A stretch of 60,893 bases of DNA from a virus (lineage: Duplodnaviria; Caudoviricetes). How positions within the stretch are numbered: position 1 is the stretch's first letter; every line of letters begins with the position of its first letter. The stretch lies in IMG/VR virus record IMGVR_UViG_3300035704_000009, positions 1 through 60,893 of that record. One strand, 5' to 3'. Made by a program: the position numbers and the translations under genes. Under the pieces are notes generated by a model, which saw nothing but the letters and a program-made list of their open reading frames with translations, made no database searches and was not told the origin of the DNA. This document shows positions 7,054 to 15,067 of this stretch, piece after piece.

Positions 7054-8621
7054 AGCGCAGCCACGGCGAGACGGTCTGCGGTGGTCCATTCAAAGCCAGG
7101 CGGGGGCAGTATGACTGATCGCATCGCCGCCCGTTGTGGGGCATCCATCGCGTTCACCGCCCGTGCGGCTTCCTCTGGCGTGTCGTGGCGGGTCAGGGAG
7201 GTCCGGGCGTGGAACTGGCCCCCCTCGCGCTTGCCGGGCGGGACACGCTCGGTGAGGGCCTCAGCGAACGCCATCTCGAGGAACCGTGTGCCGTCATCGC
7301 CGCCAGCCGCGAGCTTGATCGCCGCTGCCTGCTGGTCCAGCCCGGCCGCGTGGGCTTTCAGGGTCACCACCCGGGCCCGCAGCGTCTTGCGGGTAGCGCG
7401 CATCTGGGAGATCGTGGCCGTCTTCTTCGCCGCGGTCGCCGTGGTGCTCGCCGCGGTCGTGGTGGCCGCAGTCGTGGTGGCCGTGGTGCCCGCTGCGGTG
7501 GTCGTGGTGGTAGCAGCGGCAGGAGCGGTAGCGGCAGCCTTGACCGCAGTGGACGCCTTGGCGGTCGCGGACTTCTTGTTCGCCGCCGCTGCCTTCTGTG
7601 CCGCCGCCGCCTTGACTGCCGAGTGGATCGACGCGGTGAGGCTCGCGATCCGGGCGTTGATCGCCTTCGCCTTCGCCCGGTCGCCGGCGGCCTGCTTCAG
7701 GAGCCCGGCGCGCTTCTGGAGGGCCTGCTGGCGGGTCGCGGGCTTCGGGACTGGCTTGCCGGTCATCTTCGGCGAGGTCTTGGCGGGCTGCTTGGCTTTG
7801 GCGGGCTGCTTCGCTTTGGCGGGGGTCTTGGCCTTAGCCGGGGTCTTCGCGGCGGTCTTCGGTGGCGCGGCCTTGCTGGTGGCAGCCTTGCCGGCCGGGG
7901 CTTTCGCGGCAGCCTTCTTCGGGGCCGCCTTCTTTGCCGTGCTGGCTTTCGCGGTTTTTGCCGTGCTGGCCTTCCCGGTGCTCCCCGAGGAACTGGAGCC
8001 GCTGCCCTTCTTGGCGAACTGGCCGCCCGCGGAACTCCCGGCCGCGACATGCGGGTGCAGGGAGTCGGACGCGCCGCCGGTCGGCTGCTGCTTCCCGCCG
8101 CCGCCCTTGCCGCTGCTCTTCGCCCTCGGGCCGGTCGCACCCGTGGCGATGTTCACCTGCGCGGCGGTGGCCGGCTTCGCCGTCGCGGCTGGCTTGGCGC
8201 TCCTGGTGCCGCCTCCGCCACCGGGTGCCACCAGTGCCAGCTCCAGCCAGGAGCGGGCCATGGCCTCGCCGAGGTCACTGGACAGGTCCACGCCGTCACC
8301 GCCCTGGTTTGAGTGAGCATGAGCGCGGGCCTTCGCGGCTTCCCATTCGGCGAGAGCACGGGTGGCTGCGGCCTGGACATCCGGGTGGACGCGCTTGCCG
8401 TGCCCGGCGTCACCGGCCGCCCAGCGGCGGATTATGCCTACCGCCATCTCGATGGCAGTGCTCTCGTCCTTGGCGCTGCCGCTCCGCTGGAGAGCGTGCG
8501 CGACGTTCTGTATGTAGGCGGGCAACTGGAGGCCCTTGACCCGGAACAGGCCAGGGCCGGACGGGCTGCCGAACGGGTGATGCACCGTGGAGGCGGTCGC
8601 CGTCTGCGCGGTCAGGTCCAT
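7050..8621 (-). CDS. Ala/Lys/Thr-rich putative core/internal head protein
   Basis: Start ATG 8621 (TGATG coupling); LPAYIQNVAHAL domain, GGQF motifs, PAKAK repeats, poly-Thr tract. Confidence 0.7.
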   Translation of the reverse strand: MDLTAQTATASTVHHPFGSPSGPGLFRVKGLQLPAYIQNVAHALQRSGSAKDESTAIEMAVGIIRRWAAGDAGHGKRVHPDVQAAATRALAEWEAAKARAHAHSNQGGDGVDLSSDLGEAMARSWLELALVAPGGGGGTRSAKPAATAKPATAAQVNIATGATGPRAKSSGKGGGGKQQPTGGASDSLHPHVAAGSSAGGQFAKKGSGSSSSGSTGKASTAKTAKASTAKKAAPKKAAAKAPAGKAATSKAAPPKTAAKTPAKAKTPAKAKQPAKAKQPAKTSPKMTGKPVPKPATRQQALQKRAGLLKQAAGDRAKAKAINARIASLTASIHSAVKAAAAQKAAAANKKSATAKASTAVKAAATAPAAATTTTTAAGTTATTTAATTTAASTTATAAKKTATISQMRATRKTLRARVVTLKAHAAGLDQQAAAIKLAAGGDDGTRFLEMAFAEALTERVPPGKREGGQFHARTSLTRHDTPEEAARAVNAMDAPQRAAMRSVILPPPGFEWTTADRLAVAAL

Positions 8622-9055
8622 CAGCCCGCCTGCCTGCTGTGCACCTGGTCCCACGGGCCGTTCGCCGTCTTCGCGGTGCCCACCCATGCCGTCACCGGCT
8701 GGCCGAGCGCCTGGCAGGCCAGGGCGCGGGTGTGACCGTCAACCAGGCGCAGGAGCTTCGTGCCGGGCCTGCGTACCGCGACCACGGGCTTGCGGGTGCC
8801 CGAGCGGATCCGGGCCACGAACGCGGCGATCTTCGGCTTGTCCTTCGCCGCGAGTGCCCAGTTCGGGTCGGCAGCGCTGCGGTCGATCTGGCCGAGGGGC
8901 ACCAGCACCGGGCCCGGTGTCCAGGTCAGGTCGTCCACCCAGGCAAGGGCGCCTGGCGGGTAGTCGCGGGCCAGCTGGAGCTTCACTTCCTGCGCCGTGG
9001 TCAGCTTCCCCGGCGTGGCCAGCGCGGCGTGCGGATCCGAGACGCCTGCGGCCAT
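8621..9055 (-). CDS. ParB/Sulfiredoxin-like N-terminal domain protein
   Basis: PVVAV...LVDGHTRALA motif. Confidence 0.75.
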   Translation of the reverse strand: MAAGVSDPHAALATPGKLTTAQEVKLQLARDYPPGALAWVDDLTWTPGPVLVPLGQIDRSAADPNWALAAKDKPKIAAFVARIRSGTRKPVVAVRRPGTKLLRLVDGHTRALACQALGQPVTAWVGTAKTANGPWDQVHSRQAG

Positions 9056-9084
9056 GTCACCGCCCCGGCGTAGCATGCGTGGGC

Positions 9085-9417
9085 GTGACGGAGCACACAA
9101 GCGCAAGACTCGCGCGGGCGCTGTCCGCGATCCCCGGCGTGCCCCGCGAGATGATCAGGCGGGCGGTCGACGGTCACTACGACGACTACCTGAGCGAGTT
9201 CACGTTCCCGCTGATGGCGCTGGTGCGGGACCTGTCCGCGCTCGCCGCGATACCAGCCACGCCACGGGACTCCCGGCCGCTGCTGCGTGACCTCATCCGG
9301 CAGGTCAAGGCCGGGGAGTTCCGAGGCAGCAACGAGGAGGCGCGAGCGTGGATGGCGTCACCGGAGGGGCTGGAGACGATGCGCGAGATGGCGGCGGGCG
9401 AACTGCCAGCCGGCTAG
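9085..9417 (+). CDS. Antisense leaderless hypothetical protein
   Basis: TAGCAT at 9071-9076 before GTG; coherent 110 aa helical protein (GHYDDYLSEF...WMASPEG). Confidence 0.65.
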   Translation: MTEHTSARLARALSAIPGVPREMIRRAVDGHYDDYLSEFTFPLMALVRDLSALAAIPATPRDSRPLLRDLIRQVKAGEFRGSNEEARAWMASPEGLETMREMAAGELPAG

Positions 9418-9731
9418 GACTCCTGGCGGGTCCGGTCGATGACGTCCTCCACCAGATCCAGCGCCTGGACGAGGCCGTGCAGCCGCTCATGGTCGGCGGC
9501 GATCAGCAGCTCCGACCGCTCGCGCCCCACGAGGCGGAACGGCTTGCCGTCATGCAGCCACCGGCCGCCGTCGTAGCGGCTCGCCCCGCAGGTGCAGCGC
9601 TCTGCGAACGAGCCCTCGGGCAGGTAGCCGGACATCGCGGTGCGGTGACGGCGCAGGAGGCAGCGGATCACATCACGCGGGCCGCGTGGCTGATAGGCGA
9701 AATACTCACCGTCGATGCCATCCACCAGCAC
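9414..9731 (-). CDS. Hypothetical protein
   Basis: 105 aa ORF directly after the MuF-like gene. Confidence 0.55.
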   Translation of the reverse strand: MLVDGIDGEYFAYQPRGPRDVIRCLLRRHRTAMSGYLPEGSFAERCTCGASRYDGGRWLHDGKPFRLVGRERSELLIAADHERLHGLVQALDLVEDVIDRTRQES

Positions 9732-9738
9732 AGGGTAA

Positions 9739-10383
9739 CTACGGCAGCACAGGAGCGCCAGGGTGCGGCGGGCCCGGGAAACAGCGGCAGTTGGGGTGCG
9801 TGGTGCCGGGGTAGCCGATCTTCGGCGGACGGTCCGCGTAAAAGGACTTCCCGTCCGCTGTCCGGCACTCCGGCGTACATCTCGGGTCGATCACGGCATT
9901 CCACGAGAGCAACGGCCCGTGCATGGCCGCCGCGCCGTCAACCGCTGCCGCTGCGGCCATCCTCTGCTGCCCGGCGGCCACGTGTGCATTGAACCAGCGC
10001 CGCTCATCCCCGAGTGCGTCCAGTGCCGCCTGCGTGACCGGCTGGCCCTGGGAGCGTGCCGCGACGACGGCCTGCTGCACACGCTTCGCCGCCGCCAGGA
10101 AGAAGCTCGCCCTCCTGGTGAGATTGGCCCTCACGGCCCATCGCGTGGCGGGGCCGGTCCCTTCCATCACCTCGTGCGGCCAGGAGGCTACGAGGGACGC
10201 CACGGCGGCAAGAGCGGCACCTGAGATGCCAGCGGCCTTGAACGGGGCGCGGAGGGCCGCCGTGAGAGCCTTCGCGGTGTAGTACGCGGCAAGCGCAGCG
10301 ATTATCAGCTCAATGAGCTGATAATCGGCAGGTCGTTGCTGGGGCGGAACGGCCTGCTGCTGAGGTGCCGCCTGTACTGGCAA
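9739..10383 (-). CDS. MuF-like (SPP1 gp7) minor head protein
   Basis: C-terminal WNAVIDPRCTPEC...HPNCRC; GGAGG RBS with TTG start. Confidence 0.85.
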   Translation of the reverse strand: MPVQAAPQQQAVPPQQRPADYQLIELIIAALAAYYTAKALTAALRAPFKAAGISGAALAAVASLVASWPHEVMEGTGPATRWAVRANLTRRASFFLAAAKRVQQAVVAARSQGQPVTQAALDALGDERRWFNAHVAAGQQRMAAAAAVDGAAAMHGPLLSWNAVIDPRCTPECRTADGKSFYADRPPKIGYPGTTHPNCRCFPGPPHPGAPVLP

Positions 10384-10395
10384 ACAGGCACCTCC

Positions 10396-10520
10396 GAATG
10401 AGAGCCCCGTTCAAGGTGACTCCGCCGTCTAGGGGACAGCTTCTCAGGCGGCTTCCGCTGCCTGAAGGGCCAGCCCGGCCCTGAGAATGTTGATTGCCGC
10501 GTTCACGTCGGCGTGGGCCT
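10396..10520 (-). ncRNA. Predicted omegaRNA of TnpB #3; guide about 10415-10396 (CTTGAACGGGGCTCTCATTC)
   Basis: Minus-strand right end GAAGCTGTCCCCTAGACGGCGGAGTCAC ending at 10416; 5' boundary approximate. Confidence 0.6.
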
Positions 10521-11679
10521 CGTGCCCGCACCCGAGACAGCAAAAAGCCCCCCCATCGCGATTCTCCTCGGCGATATGCCCGCACCGGGCGCACCGCTGC
10601 GAGGTGAAGGCGGGGTTCACTGCGATGATCATCCGGGCAGCTTCTTCCGCTTTCTCGGCGAGGACTCGCAGGAACACCCCCCATCCCGCGTCGAGAATCG
10701 ATCTGTTAAGCCCCGATTTGGCCGCCGCACCGTTCGGCTCCCACGAGCCGTCTTCCGCCGGACGCGGCCTCGGGCGGCGGGTCATGTTCGTGACTTGGAG
10801 TGCCTCATGCGCTACAACGTCGTTCTCGCGGACGAGGCGGAGTGCGGTCTTATGGGCGTGGTCCAAGCGCTGTCGGCGGATCTTGGTATGCAGACGGGAA
10901 ACCTTCATCGCAGCGACGCGGTGTTTGCGCGTCCGATCTTGTGCCCTGCGCTGAGGGAATCCCGCTAGGGACTGCTGTGCCGCCGCAAGTTTGTCTGCCG
11001 TTGCTGCGCCGTACCTTGGGTTGGGGACGTGCTTCCCGGTCGAGGTAGACAGGAAGTGCGTCACGCCCATATCGATGCCAACCACCGCGCCCGTGGCCGG
11101 GAGCGGCTCGGCGGGAACGTCGTCGCACGCCAGGATCACGTACCAGCGATTGCCCTCGCGCTTGGCGGTGATGGTCTTCACGCGCCCCTTCACGGTCCGG
11201 TGCTGGTGGACCCGGACGTGGCCGATGCCGAGGAAGCGGACGCGCGTCACGGTTGGGTGCGGGACAGAATCCCAGCAGGCACCGGCCTTTACAGCGGCCC
11301 ACTCCAGCGAATCGAACCGGCCTCGGCTCTTGAATCGTGGATACCCGGATCGCTCTCCGGCCTTTATGCGGCGGAAGAACGCCGCAAATGCCCAGTCAAG
11401 ACGGCGGATGGCGGCGCGCTCACAGGCGAAGGCCCATCGGCCGACACCGTTTGGGTCGGCCAGGCGGATCTCCTGAAGCTGAGCATCCTGGCTGTAGAAG
11501 GTGACCTGGCGATGGCCCATCCGCCACGCCTCCCGCCGCTCCTCAAGGGCGGCGTTGTACAACTGCCTCGTGTCCTCCAGGCACGCCTCAAGTGCAGTGA
11601 CCTGCTTAGAGGTCGGCCGCAGGAGGAACTTGTATGCTCGGAACATCTGCACCGGGTGTTGGTAGTCGGTGTGGGTCAC
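10444..11679 (-). CDS. tnpB: TnpB RNA-guided nuclease #3, RuvC triad intact (true start may be ATG 11646)
   Basis: RAYKFLLRPT..Q; LYNAALEER; YPRFKS; VGIDMG; VAHEAL; CARCGH/CLGCGH; ADVNAAINI. More distant from #1 and #2 than they are from each other. Confidence 0.95.
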   Translation of the reverse strand: MTHTDYQHPVQMFRAYKFLLRPTSKQVTALEACLEDTRQLYNAALEERREAWRMGHRQVTFYSQDAQLQEIRLADPNGVGRWAFACERAAIRRLDWAFAAFFRRIKAGERSGYPRFKSRGRFDSLEWAAVKAGACWDSVPHPTVTRVRFLGIGHVRVHQHRTVKGRVKTITAKREGNRWYVILACDDVPAEPLPATGAVVGIDMGVTHFLSTSTGKHVPNPRYGAATADKLAAAQQSLAGFPQRRAQDRTRKHRVAAMKVSRLHTKIRRQRLDHAHKTALRLVRENDVVAHEALQVTNMTRRPRPRPAEDGSWEPNGAAAKSGLNRSILDAGWGVFLRVLAEKAEEAARMIIAVNPAFTSQRCARCGHIAEENRDGGAFCCLGCGHEAHADVNAAINILRAGLALQAAEAA

Positions 11680-11780
11680 CGGCCCCGGACGTTCGCCCGT
11701 CGCGGGGCCACTTCTGGAAAAGCTTACCCGGTCAGTGCCGACAGCTGCCCGTATGACACCCCTGCATGCCCCCTGTTTTT

Positions 11781-11884
11781 CACGCCCCGTGTGAGGGCCT
11801 GGGCGGTGAAGTACGCGCCGAGGGCGGCGAGGATGGCGGCTGCCGCTGGGGCTGCTGTGGTGGTGCCTGGGTGGCAGTTGGCAT
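11781..11884 (-). pseudogene. Displaced, frameshifted ancestral 5' end of the MuF-like gene
   Basis: MPTATQAPPQQPQRQP, then shifted frame ILAALGAYFTAQALTRGV, versus resident MPVQAAPQQQ...IIAALAAYYTAKALTAAL. RBS/start contexts also match (GAGGTGACCTGATGCCA vs GAGGTGCCTGTTTGCCA). Confidence 0.85.
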
Positions 11885-11913
11885 CAGGTCACCTCGCGGC
11901 TAGCGTCAGAGCC

Positions 11914-12201
11914 ATGACCACGGCCACGCCGCTTGAAGATCCGGCTTACCAGCCCCGGTACCCACCCGCTGGCGGGCTGCCGCCGGACGTCGTGGCCAAG
12001 TGGGGCCCGCGCAGCCAGGTCCGGTGGTTCGACCGCTATCGCGGGCAACTGCGGCGCGCGCCGTCTGCCTTCTGGGACCGCTTCTACTGCACCACGACCG
12101 CGCATCGCGGGAACTGCTGCACCAGTTGCGAGAGCGACTGGCTCATGGGCTACGCGGAAGACATGGAAAGGTGCTGCTGCCGGGCCTACCCGGAGGAATA
12201 G
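11914..12201 (+). CDS. Antisense leaderless Cys-rich hypothetical protein
   Basis: TAGCGT at 11901-11906, 7 nt before ATG; C..H..CCxxC...CCC. Confidence 0.6.
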   Translation: MTTATPLEDPAYQPRYPPAGGLPPDVVAKWGPRSQVRWFDRYRGQLRRAPSAFWDRFYCTTTAHRGNCCTSCESDWLMGYAEDMERCCCRAYPEE

Positions 12202-12204
12202 CAC

Positions 12205-13737
12205 CTAGGCCTTCGGGACACCCTGGATAGGCACGCTGAACGGCTCGTTGATGTCCTCCGGCAGCGGTGCCTTCGACCCGCGCACCAGAGCCTGCTGCGC
12301 GACCTTCGCCGCCGCGTTCACCCCGCCGGCGAGGTGGCCGAGCTGCGCCGCTGCCTTCGGCGGCATCCCCGGCGGTGCCTGCGCGGTGGCCTGCGCCTCG
12401 CGGTCCTTCGCGCCCTGCTGCACGATCGCCGCCACCGCGTCGACGTCCAGGTCCAGCACCGTCGCCAGCCGTTCGGTGATCAGGTCCAGGATCGCGGGCG
12501 GCACCTGCAGGGATGGCGCGACGGCGAGGGACTGGAACAAGCCCACCAGCGACGCCTGGCTCTCATCGGTCAGGGCGCCGAACTTGAACGTGGGGAAGCT
12601 CGCGCCCGGGCCGAAGTTCAGCGTCACCAGGGGGGCGATGACGTCGTGGGTGATCGTCTCGGCGATCTCCTGGCTGATGGCCTGCCGGGACTTGAGGAAG
12701 AACGCGCTCTGGTCCTGGGACAGCGCCAGCGAGCCGCGGCCGAGAGAGGCGAGGGAGGCGAGGCCGGTGAACCCGGCCAGGACGCTCCCCGTCTGCCACG
12801 TCTCGAGGAAGCTGAGGGCGTCGGCGAACTGCCCGGCACCCTTGCCGTCGCTGGCCAGGACCTCGAAGGTCTTGGCCCCGGCCGGGTCGCGGGCGAAGCC
12901 CACCACGCCGGAGGACCGCAGCGAGGCGATGTCGTCAGCCTTCGCGTTGGCCTCGCGCTGGTCCTGGCCGTACACGATGACCTTGGGGAGGCTCTGGGAT
13001 TCCAGGAACTGATACCACAAAAAAATTAGCTTGGTCTTCGTGCGGTACGCCCAGTGGCACAGTTCCAACTCGGACGTGCCGGTCAGCGGCTGGCGGTGCT
13101 TCCCGTTGATGTGGATCAGCGAACGGATACGGCTCACATCCACGTAACCGGGCAGTTTGCTCTGCTTCTGCTGGGCGAGTTGGGCACCCCACAACCAGGT
13201 TTGCTGGCGGAACCCGGTGATCGCGCCGTTCTTCGGGTCGCGCTTCAGTTCGCAGGTCGCGGCGGGGCGGAACGCCAGCTTGTCGTAAACGATCTTGCCG
13301 TCATCCCGGATCGTGAAGACTTTTTCATGGAACGATTTGCGGTAGATCTGGGCACCCGTTACCTGGCCGACCACTTCCGACATGGGCGTCTTCATGCCGC
13401 CCGAGGTGTGCGGGTCCATCAGCACCGAGTTGCAGAACTCCGCCTCGCCCTTGTCGCCCTTCGCCGGCTCGATCGCGCGGGCCGCCTGCCGGATGGGCAG
13501 GGTCAGGACGGCTTCCAGGGCAGCGGCTTGTCCATCCCTCTCGATCATGACCTGGAAGTCCCGGGAAGTGACCTGGCCATAGTCGAACACCGAGCCATCG
13601 GTGCCGAACAGGCCGAACATGCGGTTGCCCAGAAGATCGAACTCGGACCCGATCTCCGCGCCGAGCAGTTGCTTCCGTGTCGCTGGCTTCAGGTCGGGGA
13701 AGGCGACGATCCGGGCGGTCTGCGGGTCAGGAGCCAC
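12205..13737 (-). CDS. Portal protein (Mu gp29/DUF935-like)
   Basis: 510 aa, between terminase and MuF; GSLALSQDQ...IAETITHDVIAPLVTLNFG...PTFKF pattern. Confidence 0.85.
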   Translation of the reverse strand: MAPDPQTARIVAFPDLKPATRKQLLGAEIGSEFDLLGNRMFGLFGTDGSVFDYGQVTSRDFQVMIERDGQAAALEAVLTLPIRQAARAIEPAKGDKGEAEFCNSVLMDPHTSGGMKTPMSEVVGQVTGAQIYRKSFHEKVFTIRDDGKIVYDKLAFRPAATCELKRDPKNGAITGFRQQTWLWGAQLAQQKQSKLPGYVDVSRIRSLIHINGKHRQPLTGTSELELCHWAYRTKTKLIFLWYQFLESQSLPKVIVYGQDQREANAKADDIASLRSSGVVGFARDPAGAKTFEVLASDGKGAGQFADALSFLETWQTGSVLAGFTGLASLASLGRGSLALSQDQSAFFLKSRQAISQEIAETITHDVIAPLVTLNFGPGASFPTFKFGALTDESQASLVGLFQSLAVAPSLQVPPAILDLITERLATVLDLDVDAVAAIVQQGAKDREAQATAQAPPGMPPKAAAQLGHLAGGVNAAAKVAQQALVRGSKAPLPEDINEPFSVPIQGVPKA

Positions 13738-13768
13738 TGGATGCGCTCCCTCCGGTTACGCTGCGGGA

Positions 13769-14143
13769 ATGGAGCCGCCGAGCGTTATCGACATCACCCG
13801 CCGCGAGGGCTGGTTCATCGCCTGGTGCCCGGAGTGCGGCCTGGAGCGGGAACTACCGCACGGCTGGCAGGACATCCTGCGGGCCTCGATGCCGCCCGCC
13901 GAGGCCCTGACATGGGACGGCGTGATGCGGTGCCGGGAGCATGGCCGGCAGGAGATGACGCTCACCGAGTTCGCCCTGCACCCGGAGCGCGGCGGCCTGC
14001 CGGTGATCCACCTTGTCCGCGACGATGACCGGGCCAGGACCGCATGCACTGGGGCGCCATGGCAGCCGCCGCCCCACGCCTTCCGGCCGCACCTGCCGAG
14101 GATGCAGTGCCAGGCTTGCTACCGGCTCGTCATCGGCCGCTGA
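13769..14143 (+). CDS. Antisense leaderless zinc-binding hypothetical protein
   Basis: TACGCT at 13757-13762, 6 nt before ATG; CPEC, CREH, CQAC. Confidence 0.6.
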   Translation: MEPPSVIDITRREGWFIAWCPECGLERELPHGWQDILRASMPPAEALTWDGVMRCREHGRQEMTLTEFALHPERGGLPVIHLVRDDDRARTACTGAPWQPPPHAFRPHLPRMQCQACYRLVIGR

Positions 14144-14374
14144 TCAGTTCGACACCCCGACCTTGATGCCGGGCTGCCCTCGCAAAACGTTCGCCGGCGT
14201 CGTGTTGTCCACAGAATCCGGGTCAGCGACCGCGATCTTGCCCGCAGCCAGGAGTGCGATGGTGGACGGCTTGGCCGGGTCCAGCGGCAGCACGTTCCCG
14301 GCCGGGCATGGCCACGAGGCGATCACCGAGGAGACCTCAAGGTCCACGAGCGCCGTGTAGAGGATGGTGGCCAC
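14144..14374 (-). CDS. Hypothetical virion-associated protein
   Basis: 76 aa; similar layout and ending (VGVSN) to 2450-2716 (VGTSN). Confidence 0.6.
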   Translation of the reverse strand: MATILYTALVDLEVSSVIASWPCPAGNVLPLDPAKPSTIALLAAGKIAVADPDSVDNTTPANVLRGQPGIKVGVSN

Positions 14375-14390
14375 GGCTACCTCCCGCTGC

Positions 14391-15059
14391 TCAGGCGAGC
14401 ACCATCTGGCTGAGGCGGCGGGCTGCTTGCTCGGCGTAGCGTTCGTCGATCTCGATGCCGATCGCGCGGCGGCCGAGGTTGCGCGCGGCGACGAGAGTGC
14501 TGCCTGAGCCGGCGAACGGGTCCGCGATCACCCCTGGCGGGCAGGCCGCGATCAGAGTCTCCATCACGTCGACGGGCTTCGCGTGCGGGTGGCCGTGGCG
14601 GATCGCTAGACCGTAGGTGCTCGCCACGCCCCGGGCTCCGGTCGTCAGGATGCTCGACTGGCCCCCGATACCGCTGCCCCATGGGCCGACGAGGTAGACC
14701 GCTTCCGCGTCCCGGCGGAAACCACCTGTTGCCCCCCTGACTCCCGCGCCCTGCGGCTTGGCGTACACCATGACCTGCTTGGTCCCAGCGGGCGGCGCCA
14801 GCATCAGGTCACCGAAGACGACAGCGCACCCACCGCCCCAGAGCGTCAGGGCCTCGTCACGAGTAGTGGTGCCTTCGTCGCCTGCGATGCCACCAATGGC
14901 ATTGTTCGGGCAGCGGTAGAGCTTGCCGGTATCCCCCTGCTTCCAGTTCCGCCCGTACGGCGGGTCGGTCACGAGCACGTCAGCGGCCAGCCACTCGGCA
15001 ACTTCCCGGCAGTCGCCGTGATACAGCGTCACGAGGTCGTCGGACCAGTACGGCTCCAA
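14391..15059 (-). CDS. Amino-DNA methyltransferase (N6A/N4C, beta class)
   Basis: LYHGDC, TDPPY, HPHAKP, DPFAGSGST, GIEIDERY; TTG start after GGAGG. Confidence 0.9.
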   Translation of the reverse strand: MEPYWSDDLVTLYHGDCREVAEWLAADVLVTDPPYGRNWKQGDTGKLYRCPNNAIGGIAGDEGTTTRDEALTLWGGGCAVVFGDLMLAPPAGTKQVMVYAKPQGAGVRGATGGFRRDAEAVYLVGPWGSGIGGQSSILTTGARGVASTYGLAIRHGHPHAKPVDVMETLIAACPPGVIADPFAGSGSTLVAARNLGRRAIGIEIDERYAEQAARRLSQMVLA

Positions 15060-15067
15060 CGGGCCTC

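Larger units (their letters stand above)
5594..7144 (-). mobile_element. Transposase-less tnpB-arc cassette #2 carrying a replacement gene 3' end
   Basis: Bounded by the right end (5594) and the point where the resident gene diverges from the displaced copy (after GCGATGG, 7151-7145). Confidence 0.7.

Noticed and set aside
7780-7860. Tandem repeats as a CRISPR or other non-coding array
   Set aside because: In-frame coding repeats (PAKAK) with no unique spacers.
370-11679. TnpBs as nuclease-dead TldR-type repressors
   Set aside because: All three retain the RuvC D, E and D residues and the zinc finger.
370-11679. Ordinary autonomous IS605/IS607 insertions, or IStrons
   Set aside because: No Y1 or serine transposase in the window and no recognisable group I intron core. 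Host genes are restored by replacement ends, and two guides are inverted relative to their targets. Mobilisation in trans cannot be fully excluded.
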